A stretch of DNA of 64,000 nt from Eledone cirrhosa (Eukaryota): assembly GCA_964016885.1 (NCBI GenBank), contig OZ024743.1, positions 229,338,001 to 229,402,000 on the forward strand, in the 5' to 3' direction. Below the pieces are notes generated by a model. That model worked only from the letters and a program-made list of their open reading frames with translations. It was not told the DNA's origin and made no database searches. How positions within the stretch are numbered: the stretch's first letter is position 1; each line of letters starts with the position of its first letter. The translations under genes were made by a program, and so were the position numbers. Shown here one piece after another: positions 50,286 to 63,682 of this stretch.

Positions 50286-51022
50286 CATCCACACGCATAC
50301 ATACACAAATTTTACAACTTACGTGACGTTGGGAGAATTTTTAATATGAAAATGTGAGCGTACCAACACAGAAAATGATTATAATAACCATCGATCTTTA
50401 TAAATAATTGTTTCTACTTTTGGCACAAGGCCAGCAAATACCCAGTACATTACTGGTACTTTATTTTATCGACCTCGTAAGGATGAAAGGCAAAGTTAAC
50501 CTCGGCGGGATTTAATAATAGTTGAGAATATGGGTAGAGGCGGAACCACTTATATCCATTTTCTTCCGTATCTAAAGCTATTTTATTCGATTTTCTCAAC
50601 CATTATTTATAGTGAATGACTGTTATTGTAGCTCTCCTCTGCAATGGGATGCTCACGTTTTCAAATATATATATTACACTCTTCCAAATAGAAACATTAT
50701 ATAACATAGAATAAGGTAGGTTCTTTCTGATTATTAAAGAACTGATTTATCAGGTTAGAACACCTAATGTTTGTTTGGGGTTGAATTGTCGATCATACAC
50801 ACATACACCTCTTTCACTTCCTCCGCCTCCCCACGGAAGACGATAAAGAGACGATAAAGAATCGTTTGTTAAAAAAAGAAGAGGTGTGGATCAGAGGAAG
50901 AAAGAAAACTGAACCCCCCCCCCCCCCCCCAAAAAAAAAAAACACACACACACATTTTTTTTTCTAATGACTACCTTTCATTTTCTGTGTCTATCCTTTG
51001 TGATCCAGGTTCTAAGTTTTGT

Positions 51023-51058
51023 ACTCCTGAAGAAGGGCTGAAGCCCGACACGTCGAAT
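51023..51058 (+). ncRNA. Degenerate minimal hammerhead (GAAA->GACA)
   Basis: ACTC-CTGAAGA-A-GGGC TGAA GCCC-GACA-CG-TC-GAAT, followed by a ~75-bp tail to (TA)n. Confidence 0.55.
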
Positions 51059-51217
51059 TTTCTTTCCCCTTTTCCATATAAAGCGTGAAACTAATAAGAC
51101 TTTTTATATCTCTGTTTTGTCGTTTCCTTGAACTGTATATATATATATATATATATATGAAAAATATGGGTGAGAAGAATACTGCTGGTTGCACATGGAT
51201 AACATGTTATAAAATGA

Positions 51218-51319
51218 GTCCCTCATCAGTGATTTACCAAACGATCATGGGTATTTCATCGCATTAAAAATCATATACCTCACGTTGGAGCGATAATAAC
51301 TAAAATAAGTTATTAGGAC
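51218..51319 (-). ncRNA. Candidate non-circularly permuted hammerhead-like RNA, copy B
   Basis: GTCC T AATAACT..AGTTATT A TCGC T CCAACG TGA GGTA TA TGATTT TTAAT GCGA T GAAA TACC CATGAT CGTTTGG T AAATCA CTGATGA G GGAC. Confidence 0.62.
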
Positions 51320-51416
51320 AATAGAAACGCGTAAAGCGAGTGAGACAAGTAAACAACACAGGGGGAAGCTAACCGAAGATGGAAATAAACACAAGCAACA
51401 TAGTTATTCTTTCAGC

Positions 51417-52260
51417 ATATCATAAATCATGTCTATAGAATTATTAGATAAATAAAATATATACCATTTCCTCTGCCAATCGGCATAATTAACCATATAA
51501 ACAATCAATTAGACCAAGCTATAAGGATAAAGGCTTCTATGAAGAAGTCTCCGACAAATAACCGAAAGTGGCCTCTTCGCAGTGGCCCCGATAGAGTATT
51601 TATCCAACATTTCGACAGCATGTAGAAACTGACTAAATATACAATCAACCATACACAATTAGGTGTAAATTCAAACTTAGAAGAAATGTGTACATACCGT
51701 AACTGTATCTCTACCATGGTTTCATCCGTATTTTTAGACATCCAATTAATAGGAAATCCACAGAGTTCGGATTCATCAGGAGACAAACTCAAAAATAGAC
51801 ACTTAGTTTTCCAAAGTGATCGCGCCAAAATTAGATTTAAAAATGGCTAAGAACCGCAATATGGCCGTGGTCAAGTTAGAAGGAATGTGATTGGTTGCTT
51901 ACGGCGGGTAGGCTTGTTGCTAGAAAGCGCAGCCAAATATCGCCAAATTGTATCTCAACCTAACGGGAGATTATTAAATATAAAGGTTTACATATACATA
52001 AAGTTATATATGTTGCAACCGGTCACTTTGTGGCTCTATGAAGAATTAATAAATTAAATAATCAGAGCAATATATCATAAATCATGTCTATATAATTATT
52101 AGATAAATAAAATATATACCATTTCCTCTGCCAATCGGCATAATTAACCATATAAAAAATCACTTAGACCAAGCTATAAGGATAAAGGCTCCTATGAAGA
52201 AGTCTCCGACAAATAACCGAAAGTGACCTCTTCGCGGTGGCCCCGATAGAGTATTTATCA

Positions 52261-52265
<5 letters not shown>
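51417..52265. repeat. Element with ~194-bp direct repeats 655 bp apart (LTR/pLTR-like)
   Basis: 51417-51610 vs 52072-52265 with few mismatches. The second copy ends in (TA)n. Confidence 0.85.
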
Positions 52266-52340
<75 letters not shown>

Positions 52341-52413
52341 TCGGGTTCAATCGGAGGTAACCACGGTAAGGTACTCAATACATAGCAGAGTATAAATATT
52401 TAATATAGAAATG

Positions 52414-52463
52414 GCTTCTACAGGACTAGAACTGTTTCATTCGAAGGAAATCATCAGGAAAGC
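52414..52463 (-). ncRNA. Type I hammerhead with a true stem III, in a fold-back pair (52401-52532)
   Basis: GCTTTC-CTGATGA-TTTC CTTC GAAT-GAAA-CAG TTCTAGTC CTG-TA-GAAGC. A divergent plus copy starts at 52464 with a duplicated CTGAT(G/T)ATTTC. Remnants at 26190 and ~45503. Confidence 0.72.
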
Positions 52464-53030
52464 CCTGATGATTTCCTGATTATTTCCTTTGAATGAAACA
52501 GTGCTAGTCCTGTAGAAGTCATTTCTATATTATATATATATATACCGAAGGAAGTGTGGTAAGACACCAGGTGGACCATAACGCACCAGAGTACTCAATA
52601 CTTTGGGTAGTAGAGTGGGTAATAGGAAAATGTTTAAGACCCCGACGGCAGAGATCAAGCCGTTTCGACGGCTATTTCTGGACTATATATATAATATAAT
52701 ATAATAAAAAATATTCAAGTTTTTATTATTCAAGACAATGAAGGCAGGTTTAGAGTTATGGCAGATGTTCAAAATATTGGTCTCTGCTGATAAGAAATGG
52801 ATGGAACTGATGATATTGCGAATCATTTCATTTGATATTTGGGTGCAAACCTTTTCAATCACTTACAAGTTTCAACTCTTCGGCCCATGTAATCTTCATT
52901 GAGGGCAAGGAGTAATGCTGGAATGTATAAATAAAACATTGATTTTATCATCATTCAAACTGTGTATACATTCTTGGGGTATAGCCTGTATGTATGTATG
53001 TATATATATATATATGTGTGTCAGAGAGAG

Positions 53031-53229
<199 letters not shown>

Positions 53230-53242
53230 TATATTATATATA

Positions 53243-53430
53243 GTGGTTTGGCAGTATTGGTAGAGGGTCGGACACCATGCTTTGACGTATAGAGTTATGG
53301 CCCTTGCCATTCTGAGTTCAAATCCCGCCGAGGTTAACTTTGCCTTTCAGCCTTAACGCAGTCGATAAAATAAAGTACCAGTAATGCACTGGATAATTGC
53401 TGTCCTTGTGCCAAAAGTAGAAACAATTAT
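53243..53430 (+). mobile_element. tRNA-derived SINE (family A)
   Basis: Close match to 44042-44229. Confidence 0.85.
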
Positions 53431-53484
53431 ATATATATGTATATATACATACATACCCGCACGACCGCGCGAACACACACACAC

Positions 53485-53547
<63 letters not shown>

Positions 53548-54047
53548 TAAGACAGCAGCCCAAAAAGCAACAACAGCAAGAACAACAACAGCAGCATCAA
53601 CATAATCAACTATAACCTCATCATCATTATCATTATCATCATGATATAAAAAAAAAAGGCAACGAATAAACGTATAAACACTTCAATACAGACCAGCTAA
53701 ATTTCGCGATAACTTGAATATTGAGACGACAAATTCGAAAAAAAAAAAAAACCTAAAAAACCATAAAAGAAAAGGAAGCATGGGGAAAATATTAGGAAAA
53801 CGAAAATGAATAAGTAAAACGAAAATTAAATAAAGATGAAAAAAAAAAAATGTTTTTCTTTAATTTAAAGAACAGCTTGACTGGCAAATGTCGTCTCCAG
53901 GCGCGTTGTTATAAGTGAGAAGTTACAGGGTTGTTGTATAGCAGGTGGAAGGTCCTGTTACAGAACTGAGGGGAAACCGATACAGAGAGAGACTCGTATT
54001 CCTCATATAGTAGAAAATATGCATATCACTCACACATACACCCCACG

Positions 54048-54079
<32 letters not shown>

Positions 54080-54266
54080 ATATATATATTTATATATATG
54101 CGTGTGTGCGTGTGTGTACGACGGGCGGCTGCAGTTTCCTTCTACCAAATTCCGCCCAAAGGGCATTGCTAAATTGAATATATAGTAGAAGACACTTGCC
54201 CATGATGACGCACTTCGGGACTGAATCCTGAACCATAGGGTTGCGAAGCAAACTCTCTAACTACAC

Positions 54267-54309
<43 letters not shown>

Positions 54310-54609
54310 TACACACACACAAACAAACAAATAACATACAAACCACAAGAGACCCACCCTAACACATTAGTTGTGATCTGGGGTAAAGTGAGTAATTTCC
54401 CTTTATACTTGAATGAAGAATTTTCCACTGATGCAGAAGAAAATATCTTTCATCGCCCCAGTTATTTTATTTTATTTCATTATTTCTTCTTCTTCTTCTT
54501 CTTCTTCTTCTTTTTCTTCTTCTTCTTCTTCTCTTTCTCTCATATTCGGGGTGTCAGTCCTGAAAATTATACACTTCCACCCGATTTCGTCATCGTTGGT
54601 AGAAATGAC

Positions 54610-55320
54610 ATCAACAACAACAACAACATAAATACCGGTGACCCACACCACCACCACAAACAGCATCAGCAACATCAACATGAACAACACTGACAATATG
54701 AATAACAACATCAGCAACAAGACCAACAATATGACACAAACAAACAACAGAAATCACAACACCGACTACAACAACAGAAATATCAACAAAAACATGAACA
54801 ACACGAACAACAACAACAACAACATTGACAACAACGACAACATTAAGAATAACTGCAGCATAAACAACCAAATCTTCCACATCTGCAGCATCAACAATTA
54901 CAGCAACTGCAACGTCAACAACAACAACAGCAGCAATAATAGAAAGAACTACCAAGATAACAACAACAACAACAATAATAATAATACCAACAACAACAAC
55001 AACAATAGAAACAACCACCACCACAACAACAAAAGCAACAGCCACAACAATAGAAACAACCACCACCACAACAACAAAAGCAACAGCCACAACAATAGAA
55101 ACAACCACCACCACAACAACAAAAGCAACAGCCACAACAACAACAATAACAACAACAATAGAAACATTCACCACCGCCACAACAACGAAAGCAACAGCCA
55201 CAACAGTGACAACAACAGTAGAAATAACCACCTCACAACTACAACAACAGCCACAACAACGAAAGCAACAGCCACAACAGCCACAACAGTAGAAACAATC
55301 ACCACCACAACTACAACTTT
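54610..55320. repeat. (AAC)n low-complexity region with 45-bp higher-order repeats
   Basis: AATAGAAACAACCACCACCACAACAACAAAAGCAACAGCCACAAC three times from ~55004, plus degenerate copies. Confidence 0.88.
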
Positions 55321-55879
55321 AACTCCACATCTTTCCCACGCATGCCATTTTCCCGGTTTTGTTTTTCCTGGTAATAAAAAATATCAAAACAAAACAGAAA
55401 ACAAACAAAAACAACAATAACATTAACAATTAAAACGAAAAAAAAAATTAAGCAAGCTCTGTTTACTCCCTTAAAAATGGGAGGGGATTAAAAGAAGAGG
55501 TAACCCTCCACTCTTTCCTTGTTATTGTGTTACCCCTTAAAAAATAATAAAAAAAACAACAAAAATAAAAATAAAATGAAAAGAAACGCGAACCCTCTGC
55601 TCCATTTTGTTACCATTTAACTCTTTTGATAGCAAACTGTCTGAAACTGGCCCTGGTTCAATGATACACAACTGAGTGTTTTAACGAACCTTTATTTCTG
55701 AACGCCAACTAAATAATGAGTAATTTAGAGATTGTTATCAAATTATTAATTATTTAAAAACCTTTTGATATAATTCCGCCTGAAATCGGCCCTGGTTCTA
55801 TGATACACATTTGTTTGTTTTAAAGTGTTTGTTTATAACCCCCCCCCCCCCAAAAAAAAAACCTACCATTACCAGCAAA

Positions 55880-56190
55880 AACCCTGCGAGAGTCAAGTCT
55901 GTTGGTTCGAGGGGCACAACTATTCAACTCCATTCCGGTACTTGTCAGAAATCTATCAGGATGCAGTGTGGAATCATTCAAATTGCAGCTGGATAGATAC
56001 TTAAGCACCATTAGAGATGAACCCCATCTCCCAGGATATACACAACGAGCACAAACTGACTCAAACTCGCTCCTACACATGTCAAAATTAAACAGAGAAT
56101 ACAACCTGGCAACCACACCAGACTCTGAGGGTGGAGTCTTCGACTTGGCCTGAGCATGGACTCAAACTCAAATGAAATGAAATGAAATTA
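55880..56190 (+). mobile_element. 3' end of a CR1/L2-group LINE
   Basis: SLLVRGAQLFNSIPVLVRNLSGCSVESFKLQLDRYLSTIRDEP..PGY...SNSLL is a typical ORF2 C-terminus. (TGAAA)n tail at ~56170-56189. Confidence 0.75.
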
Positions 56191-57406
56191 CCATCATAAT
56201 TTTCCGAAAGAACCTTTAAGTTATATTCTAAACCCAAAATTAATTTGTAGAAAGTTATTTTTCTAACTCCCTCCAAATACTTGATTATATTAGGAATTAA
56301 TTGGACTGTATCCTTTATTAGAAATATGACAATAAATGGGTTCATACAACAAGCGAAAGGGCGGATCATGAAATCTGAGAAGGGAAAGAGCGTTTCCATT
56401 GGTTTTTCTATTGCTGATATTTTCTGCCAGCTACAACTTCTAGCAGCGGAGGTTTAGATTTGAACTCAGAAAGCACAGAACCAGATCGGATACCGGAAAA
56501 CATTTCATCCGACTCTTTAATAATTCCGCCAAAACCACCAACCCTGAACTGGTATTTTATTCATCGACCACGAAAGAACGAGATGCAAATTTTACCTCAG
56601 TGGGATTTGAACGTAGTGAAATGGAACTACCGAGATATTTAAGCTGACACCCTTACGACTTTGCCAATGCACAGTATAAAACAACAACAACAACAACAAA
56701 AACATAGAAAGCAATGTTAATCTCTCCCTCCCCCACCTAATATGTTTCTTTCTGTCAACCCTTAAAACCAGAATATACAATTAAAAAGCAATAAAAATGC
56801 TAATTTCCCCCACTTATAGTTTCTTTTTGCGGCCATTTATATATATACATCCAAAGGCAACGGAATAATAATGCGGGTGTTAGTGTGCTGGATGCATTAA
56901 AGCATGAAATTTTAATTCATTAAAATGGCAACATTATTTCTATTTTCAAAACGACTAAGTCTAGTAAAATACAGCGGAGGAAGCCCTAGTGAAATATCGA
57001 GGTAGCACTGGCATAATTCTTTATCTTGTTTATTAATACTTTATTTAATAGCCGTATCTACTATACATTGCATTATGTATTTATGGCCCTTTCTGTTCCG
57101 AGTTCAAATACTGCTGAGATTTAGAGTCTATAAAAAAAGTACCACCCTAGTATATATAGTCCACATCAGCCCCTCCACAACTTTTCTTTGTTTTAATCAT
57201 TATAAAATATATTTTATTTTTAATAAATCAATTCACAGTTGGAGGCAGAGAACGTGTCACAGCATGTGGCGTCCCAGATGAGGGATAATTCCGACTGGGC
57301 GCTTGCCGTCTCCACGGTCGAGGCCTGCTGGCTTCAGTTGCGATCGGGAGCCAGCTGCATCCCGGTTCAATCCCAATATGTCACTGAGAACGGCATGCCG
57401 GGGAAA

Positions 57407-57748
<342 letters not shown>

Positions 57749-57955
57749 ATCGGAGAAAGCTTTTTAGCGATACTTCGGCCAAATTCCAACTCACTCAACA
57801 AACATTAGGAAATAAGTGATTATATTCCCAATTATGCGTTCGGGGTGCTAACTAAAAGTATTGCGTGGAAAATTGGTTGTATTATTTCATATGAGACATA
57901 TATATATATAATCTTAACCATTAAAAACTCTCTTTTTCTCTGATATTATTTTCTC

Positions 57956-58146
57956 CGGTGATTTGGAAGTATCGGTAGAGGGTCGTACACCATGCTTTGC
58001 AGTATGGAGTTACAGCCCTTTATGGTCTGAGTTCAAATCCCGCCGAGGTTAACTTTGCCTTTCATCCTTACGGGGTCGATAAAATAAAGTACCAGTAATA
58101 CACTGAGATAATTGCTGGCCTTGTGCCAAAAGTAGAAACAATTATT
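57956..58146 (+). mobile_element. tRNA-derived SINE (family A)
   Basis: Close match to 44042-44229. Confidence 0.85.
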
Positions 58147-58185
58147 TTCTCAAAGATAAACTTTGTTTTCTTTGTGTTGTTTCTA

Positions 58186-58244
58186 ACTGTCTGAAGAGGT
58201 CATAGCTGTTGAAATGGGGCTAACCCCGAATTATATATAACGGT
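58186..58244 (+). ncRNA. Degenerate minimal hammerhead (GAAA->GAAT)
   Basis: ACTGT-CTGAAGA-GGTCATAGCT..GGCTAACCCC-GAAT-TATATA-TA-ACGGT followed by AATAAA. Confidence 0.55.
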
Positions 58245-59021
58245 AATAAAAGTAAATTATGAAATGTCTTATACCTCTTGTTTATATATATATACATACG
58301 AGTATATATCCGTCTACTAAATTTCAATCACATATCATTGGTCGACCCAAGGCTATAGTAGAAGACACTTGTCCAAGGTTGTCGACGCTGTGTTACTGTC
58401 AAAATTATTGACTATTATCAGAGTTCATGTTGGTGTTGTTAGTGAAGAAGAAGGACTCCGTAACCATACAGCCAAGCATAAATTCAAATTTCTTGGCTCA
58501 TTACATTCTTGTACCAAACGTTCGTATGTTAGTAAATATTGATCCCATGGTAACAACTGGACCCATTTCTAGGCCCTTGCTGTATGTTATGTCTTTGGAT
58601 TCATTATCGGTACCATTCTGAAAATAATATGTTATTTCTCTTCTTCCATCCCTTTATGCCTGCAGCTTAGTCGAAGGTTCACTTTGTAATCATAAGATCT
58701 CAACTACTTCACTCCCACAATGTGGCATCTTGAACACGTCTCATGTACCGCTTTGGGTTGACAGAAGTTGTGTGAGTGTAATTGAGTAGACGGAAATTGT
58801 TTAGAAGTCTACAATTTACAAAAATTCAAAAGCAACATCAATCGTCATCTCTATCGTTCTCTCTGTCTTATCCCTTTCTGTTCTCAGTAAACCTTTACAT
58901 TTTAGTGTCTTTATTGCCTTGCTTCAGCGGAGTAAAAAAATGTCTGTCGCATACTATATCTGTAATTCAAAGGGCCAGCCTTTTTAGACATTATGATACG
59001 CCAAACTCCATGAGAATTATA

Positions 59022-59185
59022 CAGATCTATCAACTCCCCGGTCCGACGGGGAGATCTCTCAACCACCCCAAATGGGAATATCTTTCTCTATTTAAAATCT
59101 TCCGATTTGGCTTAATTTTTCCTCGTTTTGGGACACTTTTTTTCACGGTACTCCCCGTTTGGGTTTTTAGAGGTTGGCAGGTCTG
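59022..59185. mobile_element. MITE inserted in a SINE
   Basis: TIR-like CAGATCTATCAAC / GTTGGCAGGTCTG. AATTATA is duplicated at both ends. An empty site GAGAATTATATTAAGGG is seen in the SINE copy at ~38975. Confidence 0.65.
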
Positions 59186-61428
59186 AATTATATTAAAGGT
59201 ACACATGACTTTGGAATGCTCAGCCACTCGCACGTTAATTTCACGAGCCGACTGATCCATTGATTAAACAACTGGAATACTCACTTTGGTACTGACGGAG
59301 GTCCATTTCGTTATGACGATAGTTTGAGGTCTGTGTCACGCAACAACATTTTTGCACCACTGGTATATAGTAAAGCATCTTCGAGAGGAAAGCGTCAGTC
59401 GTCTCACACATTGAACAGTTTGAACTTGTAAACATTATCATGATAGCATACAAGGGCATATTGGCAGAATCTGTAGATTGTCAACAAAATGCATTTACAG
59501 AATATGTTTCGGCTCTTTATGCTCTGAGTTCAAATCGATTCATTAAAAGGATGGAGGTGTGTAGACTGAAATAAAATGATAAAGGGAGACAATATAAGAA
59601 ACGACGTAGTACCGAACTGGTACTTTTTGTATGAATATCAAAAGGTTAAAAGTCAAATTTAACTCCAGCAGGATTTGAAAGTGCAGAGAGCTGGAACAAG
59701 TACTGATGCATTTAATCTGATGCCCTAACAACTCTGGCATTTCGCCACCTAAGCAACCAGTCATCTTTAAAAAAAAAACAATGATAAAAAGATAGATGCG
59801 AATCATCCAACCTTTGGCTGGTAGTCCAATACTTTAAGCCAGCTGCGAATGTTCCCTTTAGTGCTTTGGTGATATTCAATTCATCGACTTCTCTGAGTAT
59901 GATGAAAAGGAAAAATCTCCACCCTGACGGAATTTAAACTCAGAATAGAGAGACGTACCGAAGTAAATGGTGTAAAGCATCTCGACCGGTGGCCTGCCTT
60001 TCGCGTTAAAAACCATTTGCCCTTTTACTAGTATATATAATACGTATGATGTGTTTGTTTAAAGTGGCTATATGTAACGGGTATACCAGGCGGTATCTTG
60101 GTTATATTTTTTTATCTCCATCTAGGGTGGTGTTCTTTTTTTTAATGTAATGAACGTGTTGTATATTTACGGGTATCTGTTCTGTGTACGTATACAAATA
60201 TGTGTGTATGTGTTTGCGTTGGAAACCGTATATACCTGCTGTATGTGTGTGTATGATGATCGCTTTATATGTAAATAAAGTGAAGCCCAGCTGCTGAGAG
60301 GGAGAGAGAGACCATTTCTATTGTTAAGACTTTAAAATCTTTTTCATAACCTTCTAATGAAGAGTTCTACTGCACGGGAAGTAATGGATATCATTGGATT
60401 TTTGTCGCTTCAAATGATTTGGCAGTAACTTCGAGGGAAAAAGAGAGAAGGGGGTTATAAAACATAAGATAAAAAAAATAAAAAAAGCCAAAAATTACCC
60501 TGCAAAATACACAAAACAAAATGTAAGAACAGAATAAACAGAGCAGATATTAATATCCTCTCCATCACCAACAACACCAACATGACCACACCTCCAATAA
60601 TAGTCGATTGTTAGTATTATTACTATTATGACAGTAACACACTTTCGACAACAACAATTGGTAAGAAGTTATCTGATGGTTTAACGATATTTGATACGAC
60701 CCAGAGAAAGCTGGCTTGGCTTCACAAGCAAAACTCTACGTTCAAAGAAATTGTTAGAATTAAACAAAGAATAGTCTTCTTTGTTTCTGTGCCATGCCTT
60801 TCAATAAAAAAAAAATTTTCTCAAGGGCTCGTCATTTCTCCTTTCCTCCTCCTCCTCCTTCTTCTTCTTTCAGATCACCCGGTCTCTTCAATTACATTCT
60901 TACATATTCTTTGATTCTTGCCTTTCTGTCAATTTTCTTCCTAAGTTTTCACTTTTGATAAGTTAGGGCAAAAGAAATACACGTCTTTTTTTCTTTAAAA
61001 TCGAAGGAGAACATAAATGTTATATAAGATACAAGAAAATCGATGCATAATCAATGGTAGATGTAACGGAGAAGATATTATTGGTGAAAAAAGAGACGAG
61101 GGTGGCTAGAAGAAAAAAATAGAATAGAGGAATGAAAAAATGAGTTGGGGAGAAAGAGACAACGCGAATATGAAACAGAAGCTAGAAAGAACACAGCTAG
61201 AACTCTTCAATAGAGAGGAGAAATTAGAGAATTAACAGGATAAAATAAGTAATGTGCAAGGAGAAAGCATTTGCTGTATAGTGAGGGATGAGTAATTGAT
61301 AAATAAAGAGGGAGATAGAATGAGATTTCAATCTAGCGAACGAGCAAACAAAATGGAATGGAATTTAAAGCAGAAAGACAAAGATTTACTCAAAAGAGTT
61401 AGAAATATCAGGTTCTCTCACTCTCTCA

Positions 61429-61513
<85 letters not shown>

Positions 61514-62211
61514 TGTGAGAAAAACTACAGACCCTCCATCTCAACTCTACTTTTGAAAAGCAGAAGAACTGCGAAACCAGTAAAGGAACCAAATAAATAT
61601 ATATATTTTTTTAAAAATAAGACTCCAGTTGCATTTTCGATTTCATCTTTTTTTCTTTATACTTTCACACGTGTAGGACACCTCGGTTATTTTTCATTTT
61701 GTAAAAAACCTCACTTTCAAATAATATATATATATATATACAGAGAGAGAGAGAGAGAGAGAGAGTGTGTGTGTGTGAGAGGAAGAGAGAGAGAGAGAAA
61801 GAGAGAGGGAGTGAGAGACTGTGGTGCTGAAACCGGGGAGATCACAGATCATGGGAGTACTCAATGTTTGAGAAGATGCAGAGTGGGTATAAGAGAGGTA
61901 TGGATCAGACCGTGACGCCAAGGGTATATTCTTGAAAAGACTTCTTGATCATACATGCCGAAACCACTTGGCATCGCAGTCGGATTCATAGCTCCCTCCC
62001 CCTCCACCTCCCCCCTCTCTCTCTCTCCCTCTCTCTCTCTCTCTCAATCTCTATCGCTATATATATAATTGTGTCTCTTAACAGTTTTCAACTAGTGTGA
62101 GGAAATAAATGATAAATGTAAAATGAAGTTATGATTGCATCTACATGCATTGTGTCTTTTTGAATGGCAAAGATTCCCAATACAATTGCTCTGGTTAAAA
62201 AAAAAAAATAT

Positions 62212-62760
62212 ATGTGTGTGTGTGTGTGCGTATGTGTGCGCGCGTGTCTGTGCGCGTGCGCGTGTGTGTGTATGAGTGTGTTAAGTATTTCCGTAGAAAA
62301 GGTAAGGGAAAGAAGAGTGCTCTATGTATAGTACAGAGCTCTTTAATTATGTAATAAACAAGATAATATAAATATTCCATTACCCAAGGTCTCGCGAACT
62401 TAGTCGATACCAACAGAAACGTCTGATTTCGTTCATCTGATGTATTATTTCATCTGATGAACGAAATCAGACGTTTCTGTTGGTATCGACTAACTTCGCG
62501 AGACCTTGGGTAATGGAATATTTATATTATCTTGTTTATTACATAATTAAAGAGCTCTGTACTATACATAGAGCACTCTTCTTTCCCTTACCTTTTCTAC
62601 GGAAATACTTAACACACTCATACACACACACGCGCACGCGCACAGACACGCGCGCACACATACGCACACACACACACATCATCAGATGAAATATTACATC
62701 TGATGAACGAAATCAGACTTCGCGAAACCTTGGGTAATGGAATAATTATATTATGTTGTT

Positions 62761-62766
<6 letters not shown>
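62212..62766 (+). mobile_element. Fold-back element with ~230-bp arms and three hammerhead copies
   Basis: Arms 62212-62442/62451-62679. TATTTCAT-CTGATGA(62454)-ACGAA..TTCGC-GAGA-CCTTGGG-TA-ATGGAATA. A second short copy CAT-CTGATGA(62700)-ACGAAATCAGACTTCGC-GAAA-CCTTGGG-TA-ATG. Confidence 0.82.
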
Positions 62767-62821
<55 letters not shown>

Positions 62822-62829
62822 AATATATA

Positions 62830-63023
62830 TAGGAACGAGTAGGACCCCGACGGCTGAGCTCAAGCCGTTTCGACGGCTAATTCTGTAGTCCAGAATTAGC
62901 CGTCGAAACGGCTTGAGCTCAACCGTCGGGGTCCTACTCGTTCCTATTACCCACTCTACTACCCTAAGTATTGAGTAATTTGGTGCGTTATGGTCCACCT
63001 GGTTCCTTACCACATTTCCTTCG

Positions 63024-63025
<2 letters not shown>
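62830..63025 (+). mobile_element. Fold-back pLTR-like element (40.9 kb family)
   Basis: IR arms around TAGTC, same tail as 41030-41100. Confidence 0.8.
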
Positions 63026-63081
<56 letters not shown>

Positions 63082-63340
63082 GGAAAAAATGAAACGAAAT
63101 TTCATTTCTCACTCTTAGTACGGCTGTTACTCAAATATAAGTATAATTTCTCTCACTCCCGATACACACAGACGGCTGAATATAAATAAACGCTTCTGCA
63201 TACATATATAGAGCGATATATAAACATATAAGTATGTACATTAAATATACATTATATATACAAATCTCTCGTATATATAATATGGTTTCGTTTCATGCGA
63301 CAAATGGATCTATACACGAATACAAGCGCATGGGTATGAG

Positions 63341-63457
<117 letters not shown>

Positions 63458-63475
63458 TATATATATGTATATATA

Positions 63476-63584
<109 letters not shown>

Positions 63585-63682
63585 GTGATGAAATATCAAT
63601 GATGGTTGGAAAATCACTGACGAAGGACTATTTTTATCATATGTAACCCATGTGCAACCACGCAGTATTCTTCTTTCTTCTC

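Noticed and set aside
54611-55420. Asn/His-rich or Val-rich ORFs
   Set aside because: (AAC)n low complexity with no domain or convincing splice context.
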